Source of the DNA: Capsulimonadaceae bacterium
GTDB taxonomy: Bacteria > Armatimonadota > Armatimonadia > Armatimonadales > Capsulimonadaceae
Assembly (NCBI GenBank): GCA_965215505.1
Contig: OZ244065.1
Span: 4,701,835-4,765,834 of the forward strand
Direction: 5' to 3'
DNA: 64,000 bases
Both the position numbers and the translations under genes were made by a program. The notes under the pieces are model-generated. The model saw nothing but the letters and a program-made list of their open reading frames with translations, was not told the origin of the DNA and made no database searches. Positions within the stretch are counted from its first letter, which is position 1; the number at the start of each line of letters is the position of its first letter. Positions 41,981-51,027 of the stretch are shown piece by piece.

Positions 41981-42199
41981 ATGGCAGACACGACCAACGA
42001 CCAACTGCTTCTGGACAACCAGAAGACGATCCTGGCGAACCAGAAGACCATCGAAGCCAACCAGCACGACATCAAGGCGAACCAGGAGCAGATCAAGTCT
42101 AACCAGGACAAGCTCGACAGCATCCTGAGCAACCAGGAGGAGATCAAGGACAACCAGAAGACGATCATCGCCAACCAGGAGAAGATCCTCGCCAAATAA
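41981..42199 (+). CDS. Small heptad-repeat (xNQxxIx) coiled-coil protein (72 aa)
   Basis: It has eight consecutive 7-residue units (DNQKTIL, ANQKTIE, ANQHDIK, ANQEQIK, SNQDKLD..., NQEEIK, DNQKTII, ANQEKIL). An AAGGAG SD lies upstream. GC content is lower than in neighbouring genes. Confidence 0.6.
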   Translation: MADTTNDQLLLDNQKTILANQKTIEANQHDIKANQEQIKSNQDKLDSILSNQEEIKDNQKTIIANQEKILAK

Positions 42200-42379
42200 T
42201 GGCCGACCCCGGCCAGTCCGGGATCTGGCCCGAAGCCCCGAAGGGGCGGCCCACCGGCGCAGCCGGGAGTAGACCGGCCCTTCAGGGCCGGTGCCTCTGC
42301 CCATCGGGCCGGGGCCTCTGTCTCCGGCTCCGGCACCGCCTCGTGGCGAAGCGCCCCCGTTCTGTGCTATCATTACAGC

Positions 42380-43228
42380 GTGTCAACACTCACAAACGCG
42401 CCCGCCCCGGCGACCGACGCCCCGGCGGCTAAATCCGCACCGACGCAGACCCGCCGGGACATCGCCGCCCTCGTCCTGCCCCTGGCCGTCCTGCTGGGCG
42501 CGCTCGCCCTCTGGGCCGGCATCACCAGCCTGCGCGTCCACGGGCAGCTCCTGGTCCCGACCTACGGGACGCCCTCGCCGCTCGCCGTCGCACAGGGCGT
42601 CCCGGACGAGCTGCACTCGGGGCGGCTGTTCTCGGACACTGTCGCGTCCCTGTTCCGGGTCGGAGTCGGGTTCGGCCTGGCCGTCGTCCTCGGCATCCCA
42701 CTCGGTTTGTGGATGGGCGGGCAGCCGCTCGCCCGCGCCGCCTTCCTGCCCGGCGTCAACTTCTTCCGGTGCCTGTCGCCGCTGGCCTGGTTCCCCTTCG
42801 CCATCCTCTGGTTCGGCGTCGGGGACGCCCCGGCGATCTTCTTGATCTTCATGGCCTCGTTCTTCCCGCTGGCCCTGACTACCATGGCCGCCGTGGCGAA
42901 CATCCCCGCCGTGCATTTCCGGGTCGCCCGCGACTACGGCTTCCGGGGCCGCGAGCTGCTGACCCATGTGACCCTGCCGGCCATCCTGCCCCAGGTCATC
43001 ACCGCCCTGCGCGTGACCGCAGGCGTCGCCTGGGTGGTCATCGTGGCCGCCGAGATGGTCGGCTGCAAGGACGGCCTGGGCTACGGCGTGTCCGACGCCA
43101 ACAACGCCCTGCGGCTCGATCTGGTCGTGCTGTACATGCTCCTCATCGGCGCTCTGGGCGTCACCCTGGACCGCGTGCTGGCGCAGCTCACCCGCCTGCC
43201 CTCCGTCCGCTGGGGCTACGAGCGTTAG
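42380..43228 (+). CDS. ABC transporter permease (NitT/TauT family)
   Basis: The 282-aa product has six hydrophobic segments and an EAA-like loop. It has a GTG start and is followed by the ATPase. Confidence 0.85.
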   Translation: MSTLTNAPAPATDAPAAKSAPTQTRRDIAALVLPLAVLLGALALWAGITSLRVHGQLLVPTYGTPSPLAVAQGVPDELHSGRLFSDTVASLFRVGVGFGLAVVLGIPLGLWMGGQPLARAAFLPGVNFFRCLSPLAWFPFAILWFGVGDAPAIFLIFMASFFPLALTTMAAVANIPAVHFRVARDYGFRGRELLTHVTLPAILPQVITALRVTAGVAWVVIVAAEMVGCKDGLGYGVSDANNALRLDLVVLYMLLIGALGVTLDRVLAQLTRLPSVRWGYER

Positions 43229-43243
43229 AACACGGGTGTTAGC

Positions 43244-43972
43244 ATGACCGACCCGCAAGTGGCCCTGCGCCTGGACCGCGTTTCGCGCTCGTTCGGGGCC
43301 GTCTCCGTTCTGGAAGACCTCTCGCTGACCGTCGCGAAGGGCGAGTTCGTCGTCCTCGTCGGCCCGTCCGGGTGCGGCAAGAGTACCCTGCTGAACGTGC
43401 TTTCCGGCGCGCTGCCCCCCACCTCGGGGGCCGTGGCGGCGGACGGCATCCTGCGGACCGTCTACCAGCAGGACGGCCTGTTCCCCTGGCTGACCGTCCG
43501 GGACAACATCGCCCTGGGCCTGCGGACCCTGCCCGACGGGCCGGAAAAGGCGCGCGAGCTGGACGAGCTGATGGCGCTCATCCGCTTGGCCGAGTTTGCC
43601 GGTCACTATCCGCATCAGCTCTCCGGCGGGATGCGCCAGCGCGTCGAACTCGCCCGCGCCCTCGCCGGCCGCTCCGACATCCTGCTGCTGGATGAGCCGT
43701 TCTCGGCCCTCGACTACCAGACCCGCCTGCGCCTGCGCCGCGAGCTGGCCCGCCTGCTCGCCCAGCGCCCGCGCACCGTCGTCTTCGTGACCCACGACAT
43801 CGAAGAAGCCGCCCAACTCGCCGACCGCGTCCTGGTCCTGACCGAGCGGCCCGCCCGCATCCGCACCGAGCTTCGGCTGACCACCCCGCGCCCGCGCGAC
43901 CTGACCCAGCCCGACGTCGTCCAGGCGACGAAGCGGATCATCCATGAACTCGGGCTGGACGAGGCGGAGTGA
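43244..43972 (+). CDS. ABC transporter ATP-binding protein (NitT/TauT family)
   Basis: It has Walker A (GPSGCGKST), the signature motif LSGGMRQR and Walker B (ILLLDEPFSALD). Confidence 0.92.
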   Translation: MTDPQVALRLDRVSRSFGAVSVLEDLSLTVAKGEFVVLVGPSGCGKSTLLNVLSGALPPTSGAVAADGILRTVYQQDGLFPWLTVRDNIALGLRTLPDGPEKARELDELMALIRLAEFAGHYPHQLSGGMRQRVELARALAGRSDILLLDEPFSALDYQTRLRLRRELARLLAQRPRTVVFVTHDIEEAAQLADRVLVLTERPARIRTELRLTTPRPRDLTQPDVVQATKRIIHELGLDEAE

Positions 43973-44171
43973 TCCTACCCCCGGCGCGAGCGCGGAGCAA
44001 CTGCACCCGACCGACCCCTCCCTCGGAGGGAAGGGTGGGTGGCGGAGGCCAGGGCGCGTCTGGTCATGCGGCTTCCCGTGACCGGGTGGCCTCTCGGCAA
44101 TACGGATAAACCTTCATTCACCCACCCTTCCCTCCGAGGGAGGGGTCGGCACTTGTGCCGGGGGTAGGATC
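43971..44171. repeat. Long imperfect palindromic element between the ABC ATPase and substrate-binding genes
   Basis: The termini GATCCTACCCCCGGC (43971-) and GCCGGGGGTAGGATC (-44171) are complementary. So are the inner arms GACCCCTCCCTCGGAGGGAAGGGTGGGTGG and CACCCACCCTTCCCTCCGAGGGAGGGGTC. The left terminus overlaps the ATPase stop codon. Confidence 0.85.
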
Positions 44172-44196
44172 AGATCACATCAAAGGAGAAAGCCAC

Positions 44197-45243
44197 ATGT
44201 CCTCATCACCCAAAATCGGTCTCGGCGTCGTCGCCGCCATCGTCCTGCTGGCCCTGCTCCGCTTCCAGCCCTGGCACCACGCCCAGAACGCAGCAGACAA
44301 CACCGTCCACTCCGGCCCCAACACCGCCGCCCGGCAGGAGCTGACCGTCGGCTTCCTGCCCGTCACCTGCCACCTGACCTGCCCGGTCACCGATTACGCC
44401 TCGCACCAGAGTACGACCGGGACGAATTTCAACTCGCAAAGGTTCACCGACTTCCCCACCGTCGCCGCCGCCGTCAAGGCCAAAAAACTTCAGGCGACGT
44501 TCATGATCGTCCCGCTCGCCATGAAACTGCGCGAACAGGGCGTCCCCGTCAAGATCTGCTACCTGGGCCACCGCGACGGGTCGGAGATCGTCGTCGCCAA
44601 GAACAGCCCCGCCAAGAGCCTGCGCGACATGATCGGCAAGACCTTCGCCATCCCCAGCCCCTACAGCAACCAGAACCTGGTCCTGCACGAGCTGATGCAC
44701 AAGCAAGGGATGTCCCCCACCGACATCAACTGCATCCCGCTCCCGCCCGCCCAGATGCCCACCGCCCTCGCCAGCGGCAAGATCGACGGCTACTTCGTCG
44801 GCGAGCCGTTCTGCGGCAAGGCCGAGATGGACGGCACGGGCCGCGTCCTCTACTACGCCAAGGACGTCTGGCCGCACTTCATCTCCTGCGCCCTCGTCGT
44901 CCATGAGGACCTGATCCGGGACCACCCCGACCAGGTGCGCGACCTTGTCACCGGCATCGCCCGCTCGGGCGCGTGGGCCGACGCCCACCGCTTGGAGGCC
45001 GCCAAGATCGTCGCCCCCATGTACCACCAGAACCAGAAGTTATTAGAGTTCGTCCTGACCCAGCCCAAAGACCGCGTCAGCTACTCCATGCTGACGCCGA
45101 GCAAAGAGGACTTGCAGGCCATCGCCGACGCCGCCCTGGACCAGAAGGTCCTGACCAAGCCTTGCAACGTCGCCGACCTGATGGACCTCGACTTCATCCC
45201 CAAAGACATCCAGCCCGCCGACATCAAGGTGGCGGCCAAGTAG
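44197..45243 (+). CDS. ABC transporter substrate-binding protein (NMT1/THI5-like, NitT/TauT family)
   Basis: It has an N-terminal anchor (MSSSPKIGLGVVAAIVLLALL) and an AAGGAG SD. It belongs to the operon with the permease and ATPase. Confidence 0.8.
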   Translation: MSSSPKIGLGVVAAIVLLALLRFQPWHHAQNAADNTVHSGPNTAARQELTVGFLPVTCHLTCPVTDYASHQSTTGTNFNSQRFTDFPTVAAAVKAKKLQATFMIVPLAMKLREQGVPVKICYLGHRDGSEIVVAKNSPAKSLRDMIGKTFAIPSPYSNQNLVLHELMHKQGMSPTDINCIPLPPAQMPTALASGKIDGYFVGEPFCGKAEMDGTGRVLYYAKDVWPHFISCALVVHEDLIRDHPDQVRDLVTGIARSGAWADAHRLEAAKIVAPMYHQNQKLLEFVLTQPKDRVSYSMLTPSKEDLQAIADAALDQKVLTKPCNVADLMDLDFIPKDIQPADIKVAAK

Positions 45244-45316
45244 CAAGGTACCGGCAAAATAGATGGTATACTCGTTCCAGCCCGGCCCACACGCCGGGCT
45301 GGAATCGCGAGTAGCC

Positions 45317-46390
45317 ATGAACATCCAGAAGTCCACCCAGGCTTACGAGGCCTGGCTCGCCCAGCACACCACCCTGGTGCCATCCGACCTCGCCTTCAAG
45401 CACGAGCAGATGGCCGAGGGCGCGTTCCCCTTCCTCCGCTCCACCTTCTATCGCTGGGCGCAGGTCTTCCCCAAGGCCTGCCCCGAACTCGTCAAGGCAC
45501 CCGTCCTGCTCGCCGTCGGCGACCTGCACATCGAGAACTTCGGGACCTGGCGGGACGCCGAGGGCCGCCTGATCTGGGGCGTCAACGACTTCGACGAGGC
45601 GCACGAGATGCCCTACACCCTCGACCTCGTCCGGCTGGCCGCCTCCGCCCACCTCGCCGACGGCCTGCGCTGCCGGGCCGAGGCCGCCGCAGGCGCGATC
45701 CTCGACGGCTACTCGGCCGGCCTGAAGGCCGGCGGCAAGCCGTTCGTGCTGGCCGAGGACCACGCCTGGCTCCGCACCGTCGCCGTGCAGCACCTCGGCG
45801 ACCCCGTGCAGTTCTGGAAGAAGATGGGCGGCCTGCCCTCCGTGGATGACGGCCTCCCCGCCAGCGCCCGCGAGGGCCTGGAACACCTCCTGCCCAAGCC
45901 CCGCCCTCCCTACCGCGTCGCCCGCCGCCGGGCCGGCCTGGGCAGCCTGGGCCACATGCGCTTCGTCGGCCTGGCCGAGCGCGCGGGCGGACAGGTCGCC
46001 CGCGAGGCCAAGGCCCTCGTCCCCTCCGCCTGGCTGTGGGCCGAGAACCATCAAGGCCCGCTCGAAATCCTCTACCAAGCACTCCTCACCCGCGCCGTCC
46101 GCTGCCCCGACCCGTTCGTCGAGCTGCGTGGCCAGTGGATACTGCGCCGGCTGGCCCCCGACTGCACCCGCGTTCCACTGGAGGGTCTCGGCACCGAGGA
46201 CGACGAGCTGCGCCTCCTGCGCGCGATGGGCTGGGAGACGGCCAATATCCACCTCGGCAGCCCCGACGCCATCAAAGCCGTCCTGAAAGACCTAAAAAGC
46301 CGCCCCGCCGGTTGGCTCCGGGCCGCCGCCGAAGCCATGTCCGAGGCCACCGAGCGCGACTGGCGGGAGTGGAAGAAGTCGGGTTCTTAG
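45317..46390 (+). CDS. DUF2252 domain protein
   Basis: FPFLRSTFYRW and GDLHIENFG motifs are typical of DUF2252. The ATG is at 45317. Confidence 0.75.
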   Translation: MNIQKSTQAYEAWLAQHTTLVPSDLAFKHEQMAEGAFPFLRSTFYRWAQVFPKACPELVKAPVLLAVGDLHIENFGTWRDAEGRLIWGVNDFDEAHEMPYTLDLVRLAASAHLADGLRCRAEAAAGAILDGYSAGLKAGGKPFVLAEDHAWLRTVAVQHLGDPVQFWKKMGGLPSVDDGLPASAREGLEHLLPKPRPPYRVARRRAGLGSLGHMRFVGLAERAGGQVAREAKALVPSAWLWAENHQGPLEILYQALLTRAVRCPDPFVELRGQWILRRLAPDCTRVPLEGLGTEDDELRLLRAMGWETANIHLGSPDAIKAVLKDLKSRPAGWLRAAAEAMSEATERDWREWKKSGS

Positions 46391-46425
46391 AGCGGGGGTG
46401 TCTGCTATCACCGGGGATTGAGGCA

Positions 46426-46851
46426 ATGAGCAGCGGTGACAACCTGATAGCCAGTCGTCGGCAACTGCGCCTGTTCCGGGCGGCTCAGGCGGGGGACGTG
46501 CCGCTCGTGGAGCAGCTATTGGCGGAGGGATCTGACGTGGAAGGGCGAAACAGCGCCTCCCTGTCTGCGCTCCACTTCGCCGCCGCCAGCGGGCAATCGG
46601 GGGCTGTCAGATGCTTGCTCAGGCATGGCGCGGACGTCAACGCCGCAAGTCATATCGGATTATCCCCGCTGATGATTGCGGCGCGCGACGGTCATGCGGA
46701 GATCGTCAGCCTACTGATAGAGGCCGGGGCCGACATCCGGGCGACCGTTGCCACCGTTCCAGAAGCCCGCGACCATGCAGGCCGGAGTGCTTTGTCACTG
46801 GCCTCCGACAGCCAGATCATTGCCCTCTTGGAACAGCCCCGATCTGCTTGA
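46426..46851 (+). CDS. Ankyrin-repeat protein
   Basis: It has three to four ANK units (LFRAAQAGDVPLVEQLLAEGSDV; SALHFAAASGQSGAVRCLLRHGADVN; SPLMIAARDGHAEIVSLLIEAGADI). Confidence 0.85.
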   Translation: MSSGDNLIASRRQLRLFRAAQAGDVPLVEQLLAEGSDVEGRNSASLSALHFAAASGQSGAVRCLLRHGADVNAASHIGLSPLMIAARDGHAEIVSLLIEAGADIRATVATVPEARDHAGRSALSLASDSQIIALLEQPRSA

Positions 46852-47035
46852 GTGCCTGTGGGTGTCCCCTGCCCTTCCGGGCCGGGGTTGAAGAGCATCA
46901 CGCCGAAGGTTACGCCATCCACTAGACTTCTTCTGCTCGCGCCTCCTAGTCGCTGCGCTCCATAGCGGAGTGAAAGGTGGGGAGTTGCAAGGCTAAAGTA
47001 CGGGGGTTCAGCCCCGTGCCTCCCCCACCGACAAA

Positions 47036-47066
47036 CGGCCCCCGGCACTTCAAGTGCCGGGGGCCG
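47036..47066. terminator. Strong hairpin between convergent genes (candidate bidirectional terminator)
   Basis: CGGCCCCCGGCAC-TTCAA-GTGCCGGGGGCCG gives a 13-bp perfect stem. There is no clear U-tract. Confidence 0.5.
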
Positions 47067-47083
47067 TCTCGCCCTGCCTCAAC

Positions 47084-47860
47084 CTACTTCGCCGACACCA
47101 GTGCGGCGATCTTCGCCCGCGCCTCCGCGAGCGCGCCGTTCGTCACGTCGTCGCCCCCCGCTGTGTTGTTGACGTGAATGAACTCCAGGTCCGTGACTCC
47201 CATGAAGCCGAAGACGTTTTTGACGGTGGGGTCCTGCACGTTGTAGGCCTCGCGCGCCTCGCCCGGCCCGTAACCCCCGCCGCCGCGCGCGGTCACGACG
47301 ATGGCCTTCTTGTTCTTCAGCAGACCCTCATAGGTGGCCGGGTTGAACGTCTCGCCCGCCCGCGCGACCTGGTCAATGTAGGACTTGAAGACGCCAGGGA
47401 CGCTGAAGTTGTACATGGGGATGCCGATGACATAGACGTCGGCTGCCTTCAGCTCGGCGATCAGCTCGTCGGAGAGCGCCAGCACGGCCTTCTGCTCGGG
47501 GGTGCGGGCCTCGGCGGGCGTGTACATGGCGTAGATGAACGGCTCGGAGACGTAGGGAATCTCCTGGTGGCCGAGGTCTCGGTAGGTTACGGTCGCGGTC
47601 GGGTCGGCGTCCTTCATCGCCTGGACAAGCTCGCCGGAGATCGTCCGGGAGTGGGAAGCGCTGCCGCGGGCGCTGGAGTCAAGGTGCAGGATGTGTGTCA
47701 TCGTCGTTCCCTTCGGTGTCTCTTTACTGGGTGCCTCTTTGATCGTTTCCATCGTCGCGGGCGGCGCGGCGGTGTCCTTCCGGGCGTACCTCCAGAGGAA
47801 ATAGCCCCCGACGGCCGCCCCGGCGAGCAGGGCGACGTTGCGGGCTGTCTTGTCAGCCAT
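47084..47860 (-). CDS. azoR: FMN-dependent NADH-azoreductase, possibly with an N-terminal membrane-anchor extension
   Basis: The core starts MTHILHLDSSARGSASHSR at the ATG at 47701. The longer ORF from 47860 adds MADKTARNVALLAGAAVGGYFLWRY. Confidence 0.8.
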   Translation of the reverse strand: MADKTARNVALLAGAAVGGYFLWRYARKDTAAPPATMETIKEAPSKETPKGTTMTHILHLDSSARGSASHSRTISGELVQAMKDADPTATVTYRDLGHQEIPYVSEPFIYAMYTPAEARTPEQKAVLALSDELIAELKAADVYVIGIPMYNFSVPGVFKSYIDQVARAGETFNPATYEGLLKNKKAIVVTARGGGGYGPGEAREAYNVQDPTVKNVFGFMGVTDLEFIHVNNTAGGDDVTNGALAEARAKIAALVSAK

Positions 47861-48932
47861 TGGCGTGATCTGTCCTTTCAGCGGTTCGTGGCTTGTCGAA
47901 AAGGGGGGACTGCCTCACGAGAGGCGCGACGCGGCTGCCGATCAGCTCGATCGCGCGCATCAGCTTTTCATGAGGGAGCGAAGCGTTGTCCATCTGGAAC
48001 GAGACGCGCGAGACCCCGCCCAGGGCCGCGCTGTGCCGCAGAATCTTCTCGGCAACTTCTTCCGGGCCGCCGACCAGCAAGGCCCCCTTCGGCCCCGCCT
48101 GCGCGTCGAACTGGGCGCGCGTCACCGGCGGCCAGCCGCGCTCCTTGCCGATCTTCGTGAAGGTGTGGGCGTAGCCGGGGAAGAACTCGTCGGCGGCCTC
48201 CCGCGTCGTCTCCCCCACATAGCCCAAGGAGTGCAGGCCGACCTTGAGCTGATCGGGTGCGTGGCCCGCCCTCCTGCCCGCCTCCCGGTACAACTCGACC
48301 AGCGGGCCGAACCGGTGCGTCTCCCCGCCGATGATCGCCACCATCAGCGGCAGCCCCAGAGTCCCCGCCCGGACGAACGATTCGGGCGTCCCGCCCACGC
48401 CCAGCCAGATCGGCAGCGGGTCCTGCACGGGGCGCGGGTAGATGCCCTGGCCCGTCAGAGGCGCGCGGTGCCGGCCGGACCAGTGGACGTGTTCGTTCGC
48501 CCTGATGTTGAGCAGCAGATCCAGCTTCTCCGTGAAGAGCGAGTCATAGTCGTTCAGCTTCAGGCCGAACAGCGGGAACGACTCGGTGAACGAGCCGCGC
48601 CCGACCACCATCTCCGCCCGGCCCTCCGAGATCAGGTCGAGCGTGGCGAACTGCTGGAAGACCCGCACAGGGTCGGCCGCACTCAGCACCGTCACCGCGC
48701 TGGTCAGCCGGATGCGCCTGGTGCGCGCCGCCGCCGCCGCCAGGATGACGGCGGGGGCCGAGTCGAGGAACTCCGGGCGGTGGTGTTCCCCGATCCCGAA
48801 CACGTCCAGGCCCACCGCGTCGGCGTGTTCGACCCGCTCAAGCAGCCGGCCCATCGCTTCGGGCGCGCTGGCCTGGGTGCCGGTGGCTTCGTCGAAGAAC
48901 GCCGCCGCGAAGCTGTCAATCCCGAACTGCAT
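47853..48932 (-). CDS. LLM-class (luciferase-like) flavin-dependent oxidoreductase
   Basis: The N-terminus MQFGIDSF...GLDVFGIGEHHRPEF and the TIM-barrel length (359 aa) are typical of the family. Confidence 0.85.
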   Translation of the reverse strand: MQFGIDSFAAAFFDEATGTQASAPEAMGRLLERVEHADAVGLDVFGIGEHHRPEFLDSAPAVILAAAAARTRRIRLTSAVTVLSAADPVRVFQQFATLDLISEGRAEMVVGRGSFTESFPLFGLKLNDYDSLFTEKLDLLLNIRANEHVHWSGRHRAPLTGQGIYPRPVQDPLPIWLGVGGTPESFVRAGTLGLPLMVAIIGGETHRFGPLVELYREAGRRAGHAPDQLKVGLHSLGYVGETTREAADEFFPGYAHTFTKIGKERGWPPVTRAQFDAQAGPKGALLVGGPEEVAEKILRHSAALGGVSRVSFQMDNASLPHEKLMRAIELIGSRVAPLVRQSPLFDKPRTAERTDHANG

Positions 48933-49341
48933 TGTAGTTCCCCGCGCGCACCGTCTCCGGGCTGTCCACCCGCATGGCGAAGACGCCCGCGAAGGCGGAC
49001 CGCACGCTGTAGAAGACGATCCCCCAGAGGATCAGCGTCACCAGGCCGGGCGGCAGGCCCTTCGGGTCCAGCAGGGTGTGATACAGCAGGATGCTCACGA
49101 TGACCGGCCCGAGCAGCACCAGCGCGATGGGGACGAAGCGGTTGGCAAGAAGCAGCGCGCCGCCGATCGTCTGGAGCAGGAACACCGGCACCATGAAGTG
49201 CGAGCTGCCCAAGGCCGAAAGGAACTTCAAGCCCTCGGGCGGGGGCGGCGGCTGGGGGAGGAAATGGAAAAACCCGTTCAGCCCGAAGACCAGAAACATC
49301 AGGCCGAGCAGGTTGCGCGCGATGAGCATGACGATTTTCAT
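48916..49341 (-). CDS. DoxX-family membrane protein
   Basis: The 141-aa product has four hydrophobic helices. It overlaps the downstream LLM gene by 17 nt. Confidence 0.7.
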   Translation of the reverse strand: MKIVMLIARNLLGLMFLVFGLNGFFHFLPQPPPPPEGLKFLSALGSSHFMVPVFLLQTIGGALLLANRFVPIALVLLGPVIVSILLYHTLLDPKGLPPGLVTLILWGIVFYSVRSAFAGVFAMRVDSPETVRAGNYNAVRD

Positions 49342-49542
49342 GGGGACCCTTTCACGAACAGTGCGATGCGTGTATTCCGGAACCGCGCGGCTCCGGTGTA
49401 TTGATTATGTTCCCAATACTTTAATTTGTCAAGCGCATTATAAAATAACACACAAAGTATATTCATGTCCTGATGGGGTGAGGTACAATGGGGGCAGAGT
49501 GAGTAGGCGTTCCTCCCGGAATCAGAGAGCGAGTGGCTGAGG

Positions 49543-49953
49543 ATGAGAGTTCAAGATGAGGTTAAGGACCACAGGGAATTTGAGAACCATGAGGCTGACA
49601 GTGCGGTGCCACACTGCCCCGCCTCGGCCTTCATCCGGGGTGCCCTGCTGCTCCAGGAAAAATGGGTCCTGATGATCGTCTATAGTCTGGGGGGCGGGGC
49701 GGTCGGCTTCAGCGAGCTGATGCGCCGGGGCGGCATCAACACGACGACACTCACCCAGCGGCTCAACCTCCTGGAACAGGCGGGGGTACTCGTCAGGACG
49801 GTCCATTCAACCATGCCGCCCCGGACGAGCTACGAGCTGACCGAGGCCGGGCAGGCGCTCCGCCCCGTCTTGGAAGCCATCACGGAATGGAGCGGGACCT
49901 ATCTGCCTGCTCGGGAGGCGGCGGAAGTGTGTTCGGGGGCGGACACTTCTTAG
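49543..49953 (+). CDS. HxlR-family winged-helix transcriptional regulator
   Basis: It has the motifs CP...LLQEKWVLMIVYSL, FSELMR and SYELTEAGQAL. It is divergent from the DoxX/LLM/AzoR operon. Confidence 0.85.
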   Translation: MRVQDEVKDHREFENHEADSAVPHCPASAFIRGALLLQEKWVLMIVYSLGGGAVGFSELMRRGGINTTTLTQRLNLLEQAGVLVRTVHSTMPPRTSYELTEAGQALRPVLEAITEWSGTYLPAREAAEVCSGADTS

Positions 49954-50233
49954 GGTTCCGTGGGTCCGCCCCGTCTGGAGCCGCCTCGCCTTGGAAAAGA
50001 AGGTTCATGGGGGGAGCGAATGGGAAAGAGAGAGCGGCATATCCCATCCACTCCCGAGGCGACCCTTCCGGCTGGCGTCACATGATGTAAGCCATAGCAC
50101 ATCCCAATGTTAAGTCAGCGTTAAAACAGCGACGCTCCCAAAGAACTTCTTTGCCGAAGCGCCTAATCCGATGGATTGGCATGATTTATGCACTAGATAA
50201 ATACTGGAAAACTACTGAGCCGAGGAAAAAATC

Positions 50234-50947
50234 ATGAGCGTTCCAGTCTCGACCCGAGTCTCAAGCCAATCTTCAAGCCAATCCTCGTCACAGGCGTCGG
50301 CCCACGCGGCGATCCGATATGCGCTCCCTCAAACGGGGACTTCGCGCGCCGACGCGGCGGCGCGACGCGCCCTGGATCTGGCGGTTTCCGCCATCGCCCT
50401 GCTGCTGCTGCTGCCGCTCTTCGCCCTGATCGCCCTGGCGATCCGCCTCGACAGCCACGGCCCCGTCCTGTTCATCCAGCGCCGCGTCGGCAAGGACGGG
50501 CGCGAGTTCCCCGTCTTCAAGTTCCGCTCCATGTTCACCGACGCCGAGCAGCGCCTCGACATCCTGCTGGGCGCGAACGAGCGGAACGGCCCGGTCTTCA
50601 AGATGCGCCAGGACCCGCGCGTCACCCGCGTCGGCCGCATCCTGCGGAAGTGTTCCTTCGACGAGCTGCCCCAGCTCATCAACATCCTGCGCGGCGAGAT
50701 GTCCCTGGTTGGGCCACGCCCCGCCCTCCCCCGCGAGGTCGCCCTGTATTCCCCCGAGCAGCACCTGCGGCTCTCGGTGACGCCCGGCCTGACCGGCTTG
50801 TGGCAGGTTTCGGGCCGCGCGAACCTCACCTTCGAGCAGGCGATGGACCTGGACCTGGAATACATCCGCCGCCAGTCCTTCGCCCTGAACGTCGTCCTGA
50901 TCGCCCGCACCGTGCCCGCCGTCCTGACCGCGCACGGGGCCTACTGA
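50234..50947 (+). CDS. Polyprenyl-phosphate sugar phosphotransferase (bacterial sugar transferase family)
   Basis: It has the motifs FKFRSM, DELPQLINILRGEMSLVGPRP and GLTGLWQVSGR. Confidence 0.9.
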   Translation: MSVPVSTRVSSQSSSQSSSQASAHAAIRYALPQTGTSRADAAARRALDLAVSAIALLLLLPLFALIALAIRLDSHGPVLFIQRRVGKDGREFPVFKFRSMFTDAEQRLDILLGANERNGPVFKMRQDPRVTRVGRILRKCSFDELPQLINILRGEMSLVGPRPALPREVALYSPEQHLRLSVTPGLTGLWQVSGRANLTFEQAMDLDLEYIRRQSFALNVVLIARTVPAVLTAHGAY

Positions 50948-50974
50948 CGGCCCTTTCCTTGCTTGCCCGAAAGG

Positions 50975-51005
50975 CCGCCGACAAGCTCTGTCGGCGGTCT
51001 TTCTT
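50975..51005 (+). terminator. Intrinsic terminator-like hairpin after the sugar transferase gene
   Basis: CCGCCGACA-AGCTC-TGTCGGCGG is followed by TCTTTCTT. Confidence 0.6.
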
Positions 51006-51027
51006 GTGGGAGCGCTCTGGGGAGGTC

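Noticed and set aside
49342-49542. AT-rich divergent region between the DoxX operon and the HxlR regulator as a defined promoter/operator pair
   Set aside because: It is plausibly regulatory. However, I could not place -35/-10 hexamers with correct spacing or find a convincing palindromic operator, so no specific site is called.
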